DNA of 63,986 nucleotides, counting the filler, from Raillietiella orientalis (taxonomy: Eukaryota): assembly GCA_036172245.1 (NCBI GenBank). It is 3 parts of 3 records of this genome, joined end to end, with 100 filler letters (N's around TTAATTAATTAA, not from the genome) between each part and the next. Parts side by side here need not be neighbours in the genome. Positions count along the whole stretch, not along the records: positions 29,643 to 58,784 come from JAYWIR010000207.1; 2 more parts are not named here. The stretch is one strand, 5' to 3'. Both the position numbers and the translations under genes were made by a program. This document shows positions 39,521-50,833 of this stretch, piece by piece. Every line of letters begins with the position of its first letter. Position 1 is the first letter of the stretch. The notes under the pieces are model-generated. The model worked only from the letters and a program-made list of their open reading frames with translations, searched no databases and was not told where the DNA came from.

Positions 39521-42085
39521 ATTCCTGTCCCTCTTCGCTTGTTCACGATTCTACGTGCTTAAAGTACATCACAAGTGTCACGTTGAAAGAGCCCTGCATT
39601 CTTTACAGATTCACAGCAAATGCTGAATGTTGGCTGAAAGAATACCATGGAGCACCACCTGGCCATCGACTGACATTGCAGAATCGGATGAGCACCTTGC
39701 GATTGTTTATCCGCCAGCAACGTCCCCGGCTCTCGAAACCGAATTACAGAATATTCAAACGCCTACATTTTGGCGCTTCATCGACCGGCATTCGAAGTTT
39801 GTCCAGTTTTCGACGGATCGAAACTTTGGAAGGAAGACTTGCCGCATGCTAACCTGCAGTCTCTCAAAGATAAACGTCCAGCACATCGTGTGTTTTCTGT
39901 ATTTTAAAAAGAGTTTGATTCTGTAATTTTTTTTATTTTGCCCATTAGAGAAGAGGTTTTCTTATCATTCATTTATAATTTTAAGATAGAGTTCGTTGCC
40001 CTATGCAAAGTATAGTTTGCTGTGATGTTTCAAGATCTTACTATAATGAGTATGCTGAGCATTTCATTGATATTTTTTGCATCGCCATTATCTAGTTTTT
40101 ATATAGTCTTTTGTTTACCATCACATGAACTACCATCATCTATAGTTGTCACTAACTGAGCAGAGACAATACGATTATTATAAACTCCATTTTCTTTTCA
40201 TTTCATTTCCATACGCTTTCCTCACAACTTAATCTGCAGTGTTATTTAGATCATCCTTATCATTAGTATTTAAAATTACCTCTACTCTGTCTTGAAATCA
40301 TTTTCAAAACCCATTTTAGCAACTTGTGTACGGGAACCTTCTCTTTCGTTCAACATTTCGATGATCGTATTCTTCATTCCCGGTCTCGCTAAAGTTCCTA
40401 CACATGCACCACACGCGTGAACTTCCTTTGCCCACATTCGCAAATAACCGATGGATCATCCCGTTGTAAACTTCCGAGCACGACACTATCATCCCCTATG
40501 CCTTTTAATTTTTTTTCACTCTGTCCACACAAGAAGAAACTCCGTTATTCCCATGTCTCTTCATGTCTGGCCCAAAGTCCATAGGATTTATAATATACCC
40601 AATACGTTTTTCTGAAAACATTACAAATATCCTATTCATTATTACTCTGATAAACCCTCAAGCTCAATACTCGCAAGCTAATCACAAATCTTATTTGGTA
40701 TTCTTATCAGCTAATCTCTTATCTCATTCTCATCAGACTTGACTTCCTGTACTTAAACAAATAGCCACTACAGTCGATCAGTTACCTTCTGTACGCAAAG
40801 ACCGTGTGTCTTCCCATGTCTGAATTCCATCTAGATTTTAGAAAGATTCCTTCGACCGATCCTGTACACAAAACGTACGCGATACTCGTTGTCAAGTATG
40901 CCTCATACGAAGAGTCCCGAGTGGATTCCTTCAAGTAAAATGGCATGAAGGAACAATTATTATCCGTCCATACTCTCTCATGGAAGACAATGTACACGTT
41001 CCATTTTTAAATATTCGTTCACATTATTTTACAGTTGTTTTCATTTTCCCTTCACTTTTGGGTCCTTTTATGCAACAGATAAAAAGTCAACCCAGAATTC
41101 AGTTTTTCCTGTTACGTTTGGAAAATCTTTGAACTATCTGCTCTAGAAGTATTACTTTACAGAATTGCCTTTCTTCTAAGGTCACGTGAGCACTCCTCTT
41201 TGGAGAAAACTCCTCTTTTTCAATTCGCTCTTAGCACAGAACAAGAGCCACAAATGGATTGCTGTTCACTCTGGAAGACAATTCCAAATCTCAGGAAACC
41301 AAGTGTCAAATATGGATAACAGCCTAATATGAGCCCAGAATCTGGAATTTATTGCAAAATCTTTTTAAGAGTAGCTCTGCTCATGGTGTTTTTAGAAGTT
41401 ACTATGGAAAGATGCAAAGTAGTGCAGCTTTCTTATATTCTGTCAAACGAGAGATGCGCCTTGCTAGGCTTGAGTGGTCCCGGAAATAAAAAAAACCAGA
41501 GATACACACGAAAGAAAAAGGTATCATAATATATCAAAAACAAGTAGCGTAAGCCAAATAGTATTTGTTATGAAGCCCCTTTTTTGGCGACCAGTTTCTC
41601 TCCATAAGGAACTATATTGAGGAATCATAGAAAGACGGTAAGCAAAACTCTTAAATCCGGCGTTGAAGCTGATAATGTCAATATTTCTCATCATCCCAGT
41701 CGGTAATTTTATAATTTCAGCCTACAGTGGCTTTCCTCACCAAAAATTTACTGTTTTCTTACGTCTTTTTCTTCACTAATATAAGACCGTCTTGCCAATT
41801 TTAAACCTTCTGGCAACATCTGATATGCCCCTAAACAATAATTCTTTCAGCGTCAAGCATTGAAGCAAATGCCTCAAATTGAACATCATGAATGCCCTTG
41901 AGGGTAAATGCGGAAGCAAAGTCGCTTACCAATTTTTTGCTAAATCCCTTGAACGCAGTCTGCAACGTTTTCATGTGGATCCAAGTCAGAAGGCAAGATC
42001 GGATTGCAAATCCAACCTTGCGGTTGCACTCCTCCCCCTACGGTCCAAACTCGTTGTTTACCTGAATTCAACTGACGAACAGGAA

Positions 42086-42143
42086 AGCAAGGAAAAACTC
42101 TTTCCTCGCCCTCCTGTTCGTCAGGTCCGCGTCGCCCGGAGCG
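42086..42143 (-). pseudogene. 58-bp APE fragment of another LINE copy directly downstream of the 3' end of copy D
   Basis: Minus strand cgctccgggcgacgcggacctgacgaacaggagggcgaggaaagagtttttccttgc matches copy B cgcaccgagcggcaaggacctgatgaacaggatggcgaggaaagagtttttccttgc (29683-29739). Confidence 0.85.
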
Positions 42144-42174
42144 TTATCACCTGGGTACGCCCAGGACATTTATT
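42144..42174 (-). terminator. LINE 3'-terminal motif of copy D
   Basis: Minus strand aataaa-tgt-cctggg-cgta-cccagg-tgataa, with a perfect 6-bp stem at 42150-42165. Confidence 0.8.
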
Positions 42175-42352
42175 AAAAAAACTCACATTCGTAGTATAAG
42201 GAGCCACTGCGGCCTTAGACACGGGAACTATCGGGACACCGGGACGCAGCCCGGCGTGGCAACTACCCGACAGCGAAAGGGGATAAGGGAAAAACAAAAA
42301 GGAAAATAAAAGAAATAAACAAACAAAAAGAGTTTGGAGGGCAGGGAAGGGA

Positions 42353-45300
42353 TCACTGGACGCTGTGAGGAGGGCCAGTCCGACGAAGGAAGCCCTCGAG
42401 GTCTGTCTGCATATTTCCCAGGTGGGGCCATCGAGCAGCACTCCGCATAAAGCTGACGGCATGAGGGATGACTTCCCTCTCGTTCGTGTCGCGGTCTTCG
42501 CTGTTGGCGTCGCTCCAGGCCGCCACGATGCCTCGGACGCAGCACAGGGCTGCGAGGGCTGCGGCTGGCTGCAGAGCGTACCGCACGAAGAGGAGCCGTA
42601 GAACGTCTCTGGGGGTGCTGCATGTAGGGAGCTCGAGGGTCGTACCGAACCGTTCCCAGAGGAGTCGGAGGGCAGCACAATCCACAATAAGGTGTACGAG
42701 CGAATCCCGCTCCACGCACCTGGCACACGCACGATTCACAGCTCTCCTCGTCCAGTGAAAGCAGCGTGCGTTGCAAGGCAGACCTCAGTGCAACAGGAGC
42801 AACGCCGACTCTTGCCACTTGAGGGGCAGGATCCTGAATTCTTTTTTCATCACTTAGGGCCACTTCAGCTCATCCCTGGGAATGGCGAGCACCTCTCCCC
42901 ATCTCAGTATTCGTAGCGGCTGGACGCTCGGGGTCGTGGCATCAACCAGTTCACTCATGGTCCAGCCGCCCATCATCTTTTCACGTCCCTCGATGAAGCA
43001 AGAGACTTGCCACCTTGGCGTCCGGCTGCTGTGAAGAGCCCCTCTCAGAAAGGGCGGCGCCGTAGCAAGGCAGGCTGTCTCCACCCACGTGCTTCTAGCG
43101 GGACTCTCCAGGAGATTCCGCAGCGTGCAGCGAGTGTACGGGCTGCATCGAAGACGACTCCACCTCTCCTGACTCCGCTGGTTTACGACTGCCCACGTTC
43201 CGATGTTGTCCTTCAGCCAGGCGGGGGAGTTGGCGGGGCAGTAAACCATCCAGCTGTTCTCTCGAGGCAAGGTTGCCATGCACCCTAGCAGTAGGCCGCA
43301 TCTTCGCATCTTCCGGCCACGGCTAAGGAGAAAAGACGGAACGCACGGCTGGCCAAGAGGGGAGCTGGAGTGCACCAAGGATGCTCCATAGCTACGCCGC
43401 GATGGAGAGGGTGCGCCATCACAGCTGTTTCTCCACGCGTTCCAGCGTCAGGAGGCCAAGACCGCCGTCCCGACGAGGAGCGCAAAGGTCCTTCAAAGGG
43501 ACTCGGAGCCTCCCCTTGCCCCAAAGGGCGATGCGGAGGAGGTCTTTCGTACTCTTTTTAACAACTCCTAGGGCGGGGCAAACAAAAAGCAAGGGGCGGA
43601 GGATGGGGGCCGCAAAGGCGTTCCAAACCGCGGCCCGTTCCGGCAAGTGAAACTTGCCTTCCAGGAACGGGCCGATCGCCGTCTCGACTTTTTGGAGGAG
43701 GCTGGACCACGCTTCCGCAGGGGAGTAGTCCCCCAACGGCACACCAAGGTACCTGAAGCACCTCGCCGTAGGGATCCCCAGACGGAACCAGTCCTGCTGC
43801 CCTGCCCACGCCGCACCTACTGGCACAACCGACGACTTCGCCCTGTTGACCTGCAATCCGGTCCCACGGCTGAGCAGATCGAAAAAGTCTCCGACCGCCT
43901 TCGCCGGGGTGGACATAGGTGACAGGAGGAGAAGGTCTTCGGCTTAGGCTGCTACGGCGGGCGTGCCGGGGCACGAGCTCGGCAAGGGGGCCAAAGTCAC
44001 CCTGTACGCTCTCAGCACCAACTCAAAGTAGGAGCTGAAGAGCAGGGGACTCAGGCTATCTCCCTGCCTGATGCCCCGCCGCACCGGCACGCCATGCAAC
44101 TTCTGACTGCTGAAAGAGACGGAAATTATCGCATGGCGCCAGCAGGAGCGCAGGTAGTTGATCAAGGAGGGTGGGAAGCCCATGCGATCCAGGAGCTCCA
44201 ACAAAAGCCCCTGGTCAACACAGTCGAACGCCTTATGGAGATCGACTGCGAGCGCTAAGGCCCCCTTCCCCGCCCAGGAGTCCATTCCCTGCCCTGCTGG
44301 CGTCCTAAATGTGGGGTTGCGGACTTTTCCTATCCCTTCCTTCTCACACCTCTGCGCGTGCATCCATGTGCTCGCGAAGAAGAGGTTGGAATCCATACTT
44401 CGCCCGGGAACAGCATATGTCTGCTCCGGGCTAATTATGGATTCTGCCACCTGCCCCAGACGCGAAGACCATAGCCCGGCAACCAACTTGGCGTCCGTAT
44501 TCACAGTCGTGATTGAACGCCAGTTGTTCACATTTCTAAGGTCTCCCCCTTTCGGAAGGAGCCTTACTCTGGCTGACCGAAACGAGGCGAGAACATCGCC
44601 TTCGTCTCGGATCAGCCTTGTCAGCTGAAGCAGCAATGGTGCCAGCTCTTCCGCGAAGCTCTGATAGAACTCCGTGGGCAAGCCGTCTTCCCCTGGAGCT
44701 TTCCGCCTCTTCAGCCTTTTGATACCGGCGAGAATTTCGCCGATGGTAAAAGGCTCATCGAGGCTTAACGACTCCTCCTCCCCTATTGCCGCGGCACCAT
44801 CAGGAAGCAAGAGCCGAGAGGCATTTTGATCCGGGGCGCCCTGGAGTAAAGGGAGGAACAGTAACTCCGCACGAGATGCCAAACCGACGCCGGGGACGAA
44901 CATTCCCGGCCCTGGTCGTCCAGCAAGCTGGCCGACCCGGATTGCCAGGCTTCGCGTTCGGCCTCGGCGCGGTACTCGGCCAGGCGACGCACATTAGGGG
45001 TTCGCTCGTACCTACGGGCCTGTAAATAGGCCCGATGGTTGCAAGGAGCCTCGCCGAATCCGGAGGGCAGGCGGTCCAGGGGGAACTGCTCGCAGAACTC
45101 CCGGTCCGATTCCTTAAAAAGGTCCCACTCTTGGAGATTCCGGAGCGTGACGCCTCTCAGGTATTCGCGAAGGTGTTCCTTCGCACCTGAGAGTCGCGTC
45201 CAGTCCCCCGGCAGACGCCAATCCCTGGATGGCGGTCCTTTGTCGCGAGGCCGCATCTCGAAAATTAGCCTGGAATGGTCCGACAGCGTCGACGTAATCT

Positions 45301-45934
45301 TCCCCCGTTTGCCGACCCTTGAACACAGGTCAGCGTCAAGGAAGACGTGGTCGATGCTGCGGACCATTCCCCTCTCACCCGCGAACAAGTTGCTCGCACG
45401 CATGGCGGCGCACAACTCGTTCATCGCGTTCACTTGTGTTTCAGGCTCACCTGTTAGCAGGCGGAGATTGAAATCTCCCGCTATCAAGTGAGCCTTTCGC
45501 ACGTTCGTGTTGGCCAACCAGTCGCGCTTCAAGGATTCAAGCTGCCTGGTACGGTTGCTGTATCCCTTTTGACTGGTTGGGGCGTACACATTCGTGACGA
45601 TCAGATCGATCGAGTCCGACCAGCCGAGAGTAAGCTGACCGACCCTACCGTCGTCATCGAAGCGCACGCCCTTCACGGCAGCGTCGATGGCCGGCTTCAC
45701 GAAGAACGCGACCCCGCAGGTGTTGCGGATGCCGCATTGCCAGTACGGTCGACCCCCCGCGATCGTCTTGATCTCCTGGGCGTCTGCCGCGGTGATCACG
45801 TGGATCTCCTGCAGCAGGGCCAGTTCGAGCTCACGCAGGGTGTCGTCCGTATCTCGCCTGTTACCGTCGTCGCGCAGCCCGTTGATATTCCAACAGGCCG
45901 CGCGAATCCGACGCCGACTGGCGAGCCCAGGTGT
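42353..45934 (-). pseudogene. ORF2 (APE endonuclease - reverse transcriptase - CCHC) of LINE copy D, disrupted
   Basis: Pieces 44783..45799 (APE), 43944..44903 (RT: DLHKAFDCV, GIRQGDSLSPLLF), 43419..43916 (FRYLGVPL) and 42353..42739 (CCHC). The catalytic motif reads stop-A-E-D. Confidence 0.92.
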
Positions 45935-47677
45935 TACTCCTGGAAAGACGGCAATGCGGCGTCCGCCACCTGCTTGGGCGGGACGCTAGGAGGAGGAGGG
46001 TCAGTTGCTGAAGGCACCTGGTCCGCCTCCTCCATAGGTAACGGCGCGTCGAGCGAGTCACTTACAGGTGGGGTCGCGCCTACCTGTTCGCTCTCTTCCA
46101 TGGTGGCGGGCTGTTTAGAGTCGGCGCCTGCAGGGGGGACTTCACCCCCCTGTTCACCATCCTAAATGAAGGTGGCCGGACCGACGGCTTCCGAGCGTGG
46201 GAATTCTTCCTCCGAACTTCCCACGCTGGCGACGGCTTCCGTCTTCTCCTCGCTGGTGGAGGGGAGGCGCCTCCCAAGCTTCTGGGACTTGCGTCCCGAC
46301 TTCCTGCGGGGTGCCTCCGAGGAGGACAATGTACTTCCGGCCCCCAGGTCTAACTCTCCTGTGGGGGCCTTCTTCGCCGGTGCCGGCTTTCGCACGGCCT
46401 TGTGCGAGGGGTTCTCACGCTCGGCCAGCGTGGCCGCGAGCTCCTCCGCCGCCTGCGCGAATGCGGCTTCCTCGGTGTCGTTCGGCGTGTCGCGCGGCTC
46501 ACCCTCTGTTTGCACACAGGGTTCGACATCGCGAGCCTCGGGCGCGGCGGAAACGGCGAGGGGAGGCTCGTCGCTCCGGGTGGCAGCCTCGGGAACGACG
46601 ATTCGTTCCAGTGCCACGGTGCATTCGCGCAGAGGTTTCGAGCGCGGACCGGGTTTTTTCGGCTTAACCGTCGGCTTACGCACTTTCTTCTCCGCGGATG
46701 GTCGTTTCTTGGCTTTTCTGGCAGCAACAAGTTTCCAGCCCTCTTCCCCTTTTATTGCTTCGGAAGGTTTATGCTCCGGCCTTTGCGCTGGAAGTTGAGG
46801 TGCTGGCAGCTTCTGCCGGACACTTTCCGCCTTAGGTGTTGCGACCTACAAGGCACGTTTCCCCTCTGCTTTTTTGGCGGCAGGGGAAACCGGAGTAGGG
46901 CGCTTGGGGCACAGACGCCAAACGTGGCCCTTCTTCCCTCACAGGTGGCACTGGATGTTAGGACACCTCTTACGGAGGTGTCCCACGGTATCACAGTATC
47001 CGCAGTATCGTGGTTTCCCCACGTACCAAAGGTCCACGCTTTCTTGCGCGACCTTCGGTTTGTGGTGAAGTCCACAATTGTCTTTTACGGTGACCCGCGC
47101 TTTAGCCTGACCACCAAAAAGGCTACCGTAGCCGTCAAAAATGGTGGGTTTGGGCCACAGTGCGTGCACCTCCCCGAACTTTCGTAGTTCTTCTCCGACA
47201 GCAGAGCGAGTCATGCGGCTGCTAATGCCGGTCATGTGGACCACCACGGAGTGGTCCATTGACACTGGCAGGATATTGCAGCCGTCAACGTTCAGCGGTG
47301 CATGAATCAGGCGTTGAGCCAAGCTGACATCTTTGCAGACCACCTCGACCCGCTGCCCGCCGCTGAGGAAGAAGAGGCCGTCAAGATACTTTTCTAGTAT
47401 ATTCGCCTCCTGCAGCGCCCTGCTAAATGAGCGTGCAGTCCTGCCGTCAAATAAGTTGCCTAACTGGTAGACAAGCGATGGCTTGTACCCGGAGGCCTTG
47501 TATGCGGCCATCTTAGCCATGACTTCCGCGCTAGGCGCGGCCACCATGGCGCTCTATGTCCTCGGCGTGGCCGGGGATGATTTCGGGGCGGCTGTCCCTG
47601 CTCCAGTAGGCTGTAAGGGTGAACAAGCCTCCCCCACGCCTACGTCCATCGCGGTGTCCTCTAACATCGTGGCCATT
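45934..47677 (-). pseudogene. ORF1 (gag-like nucleic-acid-binding protein) of LINE copy D, disrupted
   Basis: ORF 46939..47547 ends with CGYCDTVGHLRKRC and C-H-L-stop-GKKGHVWRLC (two CX2CX4HX4C knuckles, the second hit by a stop). A low-complexity Lys/Pro/Ala/Glu tail with AAEELAA follows (46162..46683). Confidence 0.85.
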
Positions 47678-47755
47678 GGACACCGACGATGTACACAAAA
47701 TACCACACACAAGAAAAAGCGCTTTCCTACTACCCTTTGAGGAGTGAAAAAAAAA

Positions 47756-47926
47756 CACGTCCTCCAACTAGCCTTGGAGGCGGCCGTCTGCAACGAGGCA
47801 GCCAGCTCCTCCGCGGCTCGCGCCAAGGCTACGTCATCGATAATCGTGTCGATGACGGATGCCGCTGCCGGCTCGCTACCCTCGCTGTTGACAGAGTCAA
47901 CAAAGAGGTTGTCGTCGGTAGCGGCG
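47756..47926 (-). pseudogene. ORF1 C-terminal fragment of another LINE copy (X) lying between the 5' ends of D and E
   Basis: Minus strand translates ...IIDDVALARAAEELAASLQTAASKASW, matching AFAQAAEELAATL in D ORF1 and VAFERAAEELAASLQP in F ORF1. Confidence 0.75.
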
Positions 47927-47928
47927 AG

Positions 47929-50803
47929 TTCTTTTTCTCAGTGTGCGAAAGTACGCTCCACGACAACGGTGCACGGACGTGTTCTGTGTTGCTCCTCGAG
48001 CGTGATTCCTTTCCGTCTTCTTATGTGTGATGTGCCCGAGTGCGTCCACTGAGAAGCCCACGGAGCCCCTGCAGCAAAAGATGGATGTGGAGGCTGCTAC
48101 TGACAGTGGAGACTCTACTCCAGATGTCCGGTCTGCCACTGATTCTTGTGTCTCGCCCCCGGCGAGAAGCTTCGCCGCCGTCGTCAAGGCGGCGGCAGCC
48201 AACGGAGCACCGCCCGACGAAGCAGAGCTGCAGGCATAAGCAGCCCATGGCTACAAGACTGCGCTCTGCTATCCGGTAAGTGCTGCTATCTCCGACGGGG
48301 TCGGAGAAAATTTGTGGGACGAGCTTTTGCGCGTCGGGGTCCGACAGGACGATCTCCTGGCCGTCATGCCGGTTTACGCGCTCGGACACTGGGAGGTGCA
48401 CTGCAATGAGGCATCCCTAGTCCAGCGCCTTCTCCGCACCCCGCTAAATATCCGCAGGAAGGAGGTCGTCCCGTCGGCCATGGACCAGTTGTTCGTGGTC
48501 CGATTATCCGCCGTCCAGGTGGACACGCCCGATCGCGTGCTCGTCGCTGCACTAAGTGCATTCGCCACGGTGCACGCGCTGTGGAGAGCAGACAATCCGA
48601 TCCAAAGAATTGCATCTCTCCACTGCGAACTTGCCATGGCGCGTGTCACCATGGCGGATAGGAGGCAAATGCCTCCGCACTTGCAGGTGGGCGATGCGAT
48701 CGTCCACCTTAAATTTGCCGGTCAGCGACCGGTTTGCGGCATTTGCGGTGCCGAGGGCCACCGTCCGTGGACGTGCCCTTCACGCAACTGCCGCTATTGT
48801 AAACAGCTCGGCCACTCCATCAAACAGTGCGCCGAGCTGAAGAGAAAGCGGCAGGCGAAAGGCCGCCAACAATCGACCCCGTCCGCGCCGAAAACGTCCC
48901 CCGTTGTGCCACGGGAGAAATCGGCCGCGAAGAGCGGGGCATCTTCGAGTGCGGTCCCGCGAAAAAGGGCGCGGTTGCTTCAGGAAAGCCACCATCCCTG
49001 ACAGCCGCGCAGACGGGAAAGATGCCACGTCGCCCTGGGGCAAATCGCCCCCTTCGAAGCAGCCTAAGAGTGCGGGCACGCACTTAACCAAGGCTACTGA
49101 ACCGTCCGCGTCGGCTTGCGCGTCCAGAGGAGCACACGGGAAACCATCCGCGGGTACCCTCGGAGCTGTCTCTGAACGGCAGTCTGCTCCTACGGCGGTG
49201 GAGATCACGTCATTCACGCCGAAGGCAAAAGCAGCGAAGGCTGCAATATCGCCTCGCGGAACGACGGCAATGACCGCCGTTTCGCCCGCATCGGCTAAGG
49301 AGCAGGTGCAGTGCGTAACGGGGACGGAGCCGTCTCCCGCCGCGAGCGCGAAACGTGAGCCGGCATCTCCCGCCAAACAAATGAGGGAGGCGTCGGCCTC
49401 CCAGGAGGGCGTCCCCGACGCGGGCTGGACTCGAGTCTCCAGGACGCCCACAAAGGGGTAGAAGAAGGTTGACCCTTCAATATTCCCTATCCTTAAGGTG
49501 GGTGGGAGGCACAAGAGAAGCACGCCGAAGAAGGTGCGTACCCAGGTACGCACTACGGCTGCGTGCTCTGTCTCCGTCGCTTCGCGCGAGAGTGCGGTTG
49601 CGGAAGCAAAAGCTCCGGAAGCTGCGTTGGCGACTGCGAAGACCCCCGCGCGGGCAGGGCAAGCCTCCACCTGCCGAAACAAAAAGAGACTGGCAAAACG
49701 CCAGTCTCGCGTTAGGCACTCCGACTCCTAGATGGAGTCCGAGTGCAAACAAATGTAGCGCGCATCCCGGGGTAAGCCGGAAGCGCGCCGGGCTAAAGTG
49801 CGAAAGCACGAGCCTGTTGCCGGAGGCGGTTCCGGCTCCTGCACGGAGACCGAGGCGATGATCCTCGGCTCCCAGGACTCAGCTGGCCGCGATGTGGCGG
49901 CGAACAAGAGCGATTCCGCTTCCCAATCCGCTCTCCTACGAGCTGACTTCTCGCCGGACGGGGCGAGGAGCACGCCGTCATGTCCGCAGCAGTGATGCGT
50001 GGACTCGCGTCCGCTCGTCGCGTCAGCGTGGCCTGTTGGAATGTCCACGGGCTACGTGATGCTGACAAAAGGCGGACGGTTGCCAACGCTTTGCGCGCGT
50101 TCGATCTGGTGCTGCTGCAGGAGATACATAGCATCTCCGAACGGCAGGCATCGGATCTGGAAGAGCGCGCGGGCGGGACGCTACACTGGCGGCAAGGCTC
50201 CGCGCACACGTGCGGAGTCGCGTTCCTCGTCCGAGGCAGGGTGGCGGAGGCGGTGCGGAACGTTTGTTTCGACGAGGAAGGTAGTGTAGGCGAACTTGTC
50301 TTCAAGTGTTCCGAATCGATCGACCTGGTCGTTAAGAACATCTACGCGCCGAGCGGCGGCCGGCATTACGCCCAGCGACTTGCATTCCTGGGTGGCCTGC
50401 GCAGCCGCTAGCTCGCTGACTCCGGCCCTAACGTGGCGCACCTCCTTGCAGGAGACTTCAACGTCCTCCTGCCAACAGAGGAGAGATGCCGCTTGAGGAA
50501 GAAGCAGCTGGTGAGCAAGGTATGCGCGTCCGTGCGCGTGCAAAACTTGCTTGCTGGTGAGCCCGGGATGGAGAGATCGCCGGACCATGCGTTCCTGGAT
50601 GAACACCTGCTCTCACGAGTAGGTCGGAGAGGGCGCCTGCTGTCCGCGACTTCGGATCATACGAGACTGGAGTTCGAGTTCCTCCCGCCTGGCAAAAGGC
50701 CTCCGATGAATGTCTGGAGGTTGCCGGACGACTGGCTTAGCAATTCGGAGGCGGCGGAGCATCTTCGCCAACACCTCCGGGGCTTCGCCTTCTGTGAACT
50801 CGA
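47929..50803 (+). mobile_element. L1/Tx1-like LINE copy E: 5' UTR, ORF1 and APE domain, cut by the antisense 3' end of copy F
   Basis: ORF1 pieces from 48030 (SFAAVV motif; CGICGAEGHRPWTC and CRYCKQLGHSIKQC knuckles in 48312..49001; long Ala/Ser/Pro/Lys-rich tail to TGA at 49993-49995). ORF2 from ATG 49995: CWNVHG, LQEIH, NIYAP, GDFN, SDH. Multiple stops. Confidence 0.92.
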
Positions 50804-50833
50804 TTTTCACTCGGTTGCGCCGGGGCGTTTATT
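50804..50833 (-). terminator. LINE 3'-terminal motif of copy F
   Basis: Minus strand aataaa-cgc-cccgg-cgcaa-ccgag-tgaaaa. Confidence 0.8.

Larger units (their letters stand above)
42144..47755 (-). mobile_element. Full-length (about 5.6 kb) but inactivated L1/Tx1-like LINE, copy D
   Basis: Short 5' UTR, ORF1 with two CCHC knuckles, then ORF2 with APE (CWNING, LQEIH, NVYAP, GDFN, IDHVF, SDH), RT and CARCVERDSLVHLIVDC. T-rich 3' UTR, AATAAA (42174-42169) and a terminal hairpin. Several in-frame stops and frameshifts. Confidence 0.93.

Noticed and set aside
40300..41000. Minus-strand coding remnant (HACGACVGTLARPG, faintly piggyBac-like) and ORF 40782..40997
   Set aside because: The resemblance is too short and interrupted by stops; it cannot be supported without a profile search.
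42144..47755. Active, intact retrotransposon
   Set aside because: Even this full-length copy has stops and frameshifts in both ORFs, including a stop at the Y of YxDD. No copy in the window is intact.
45488..49682. Long antisense and alternative-frame ORFs over the LINEs (for example 46402..47187 +, 48780..49682 -)
   Set aside because: These are expected shadows of GC-rich coding sequence and have no independent motifs.
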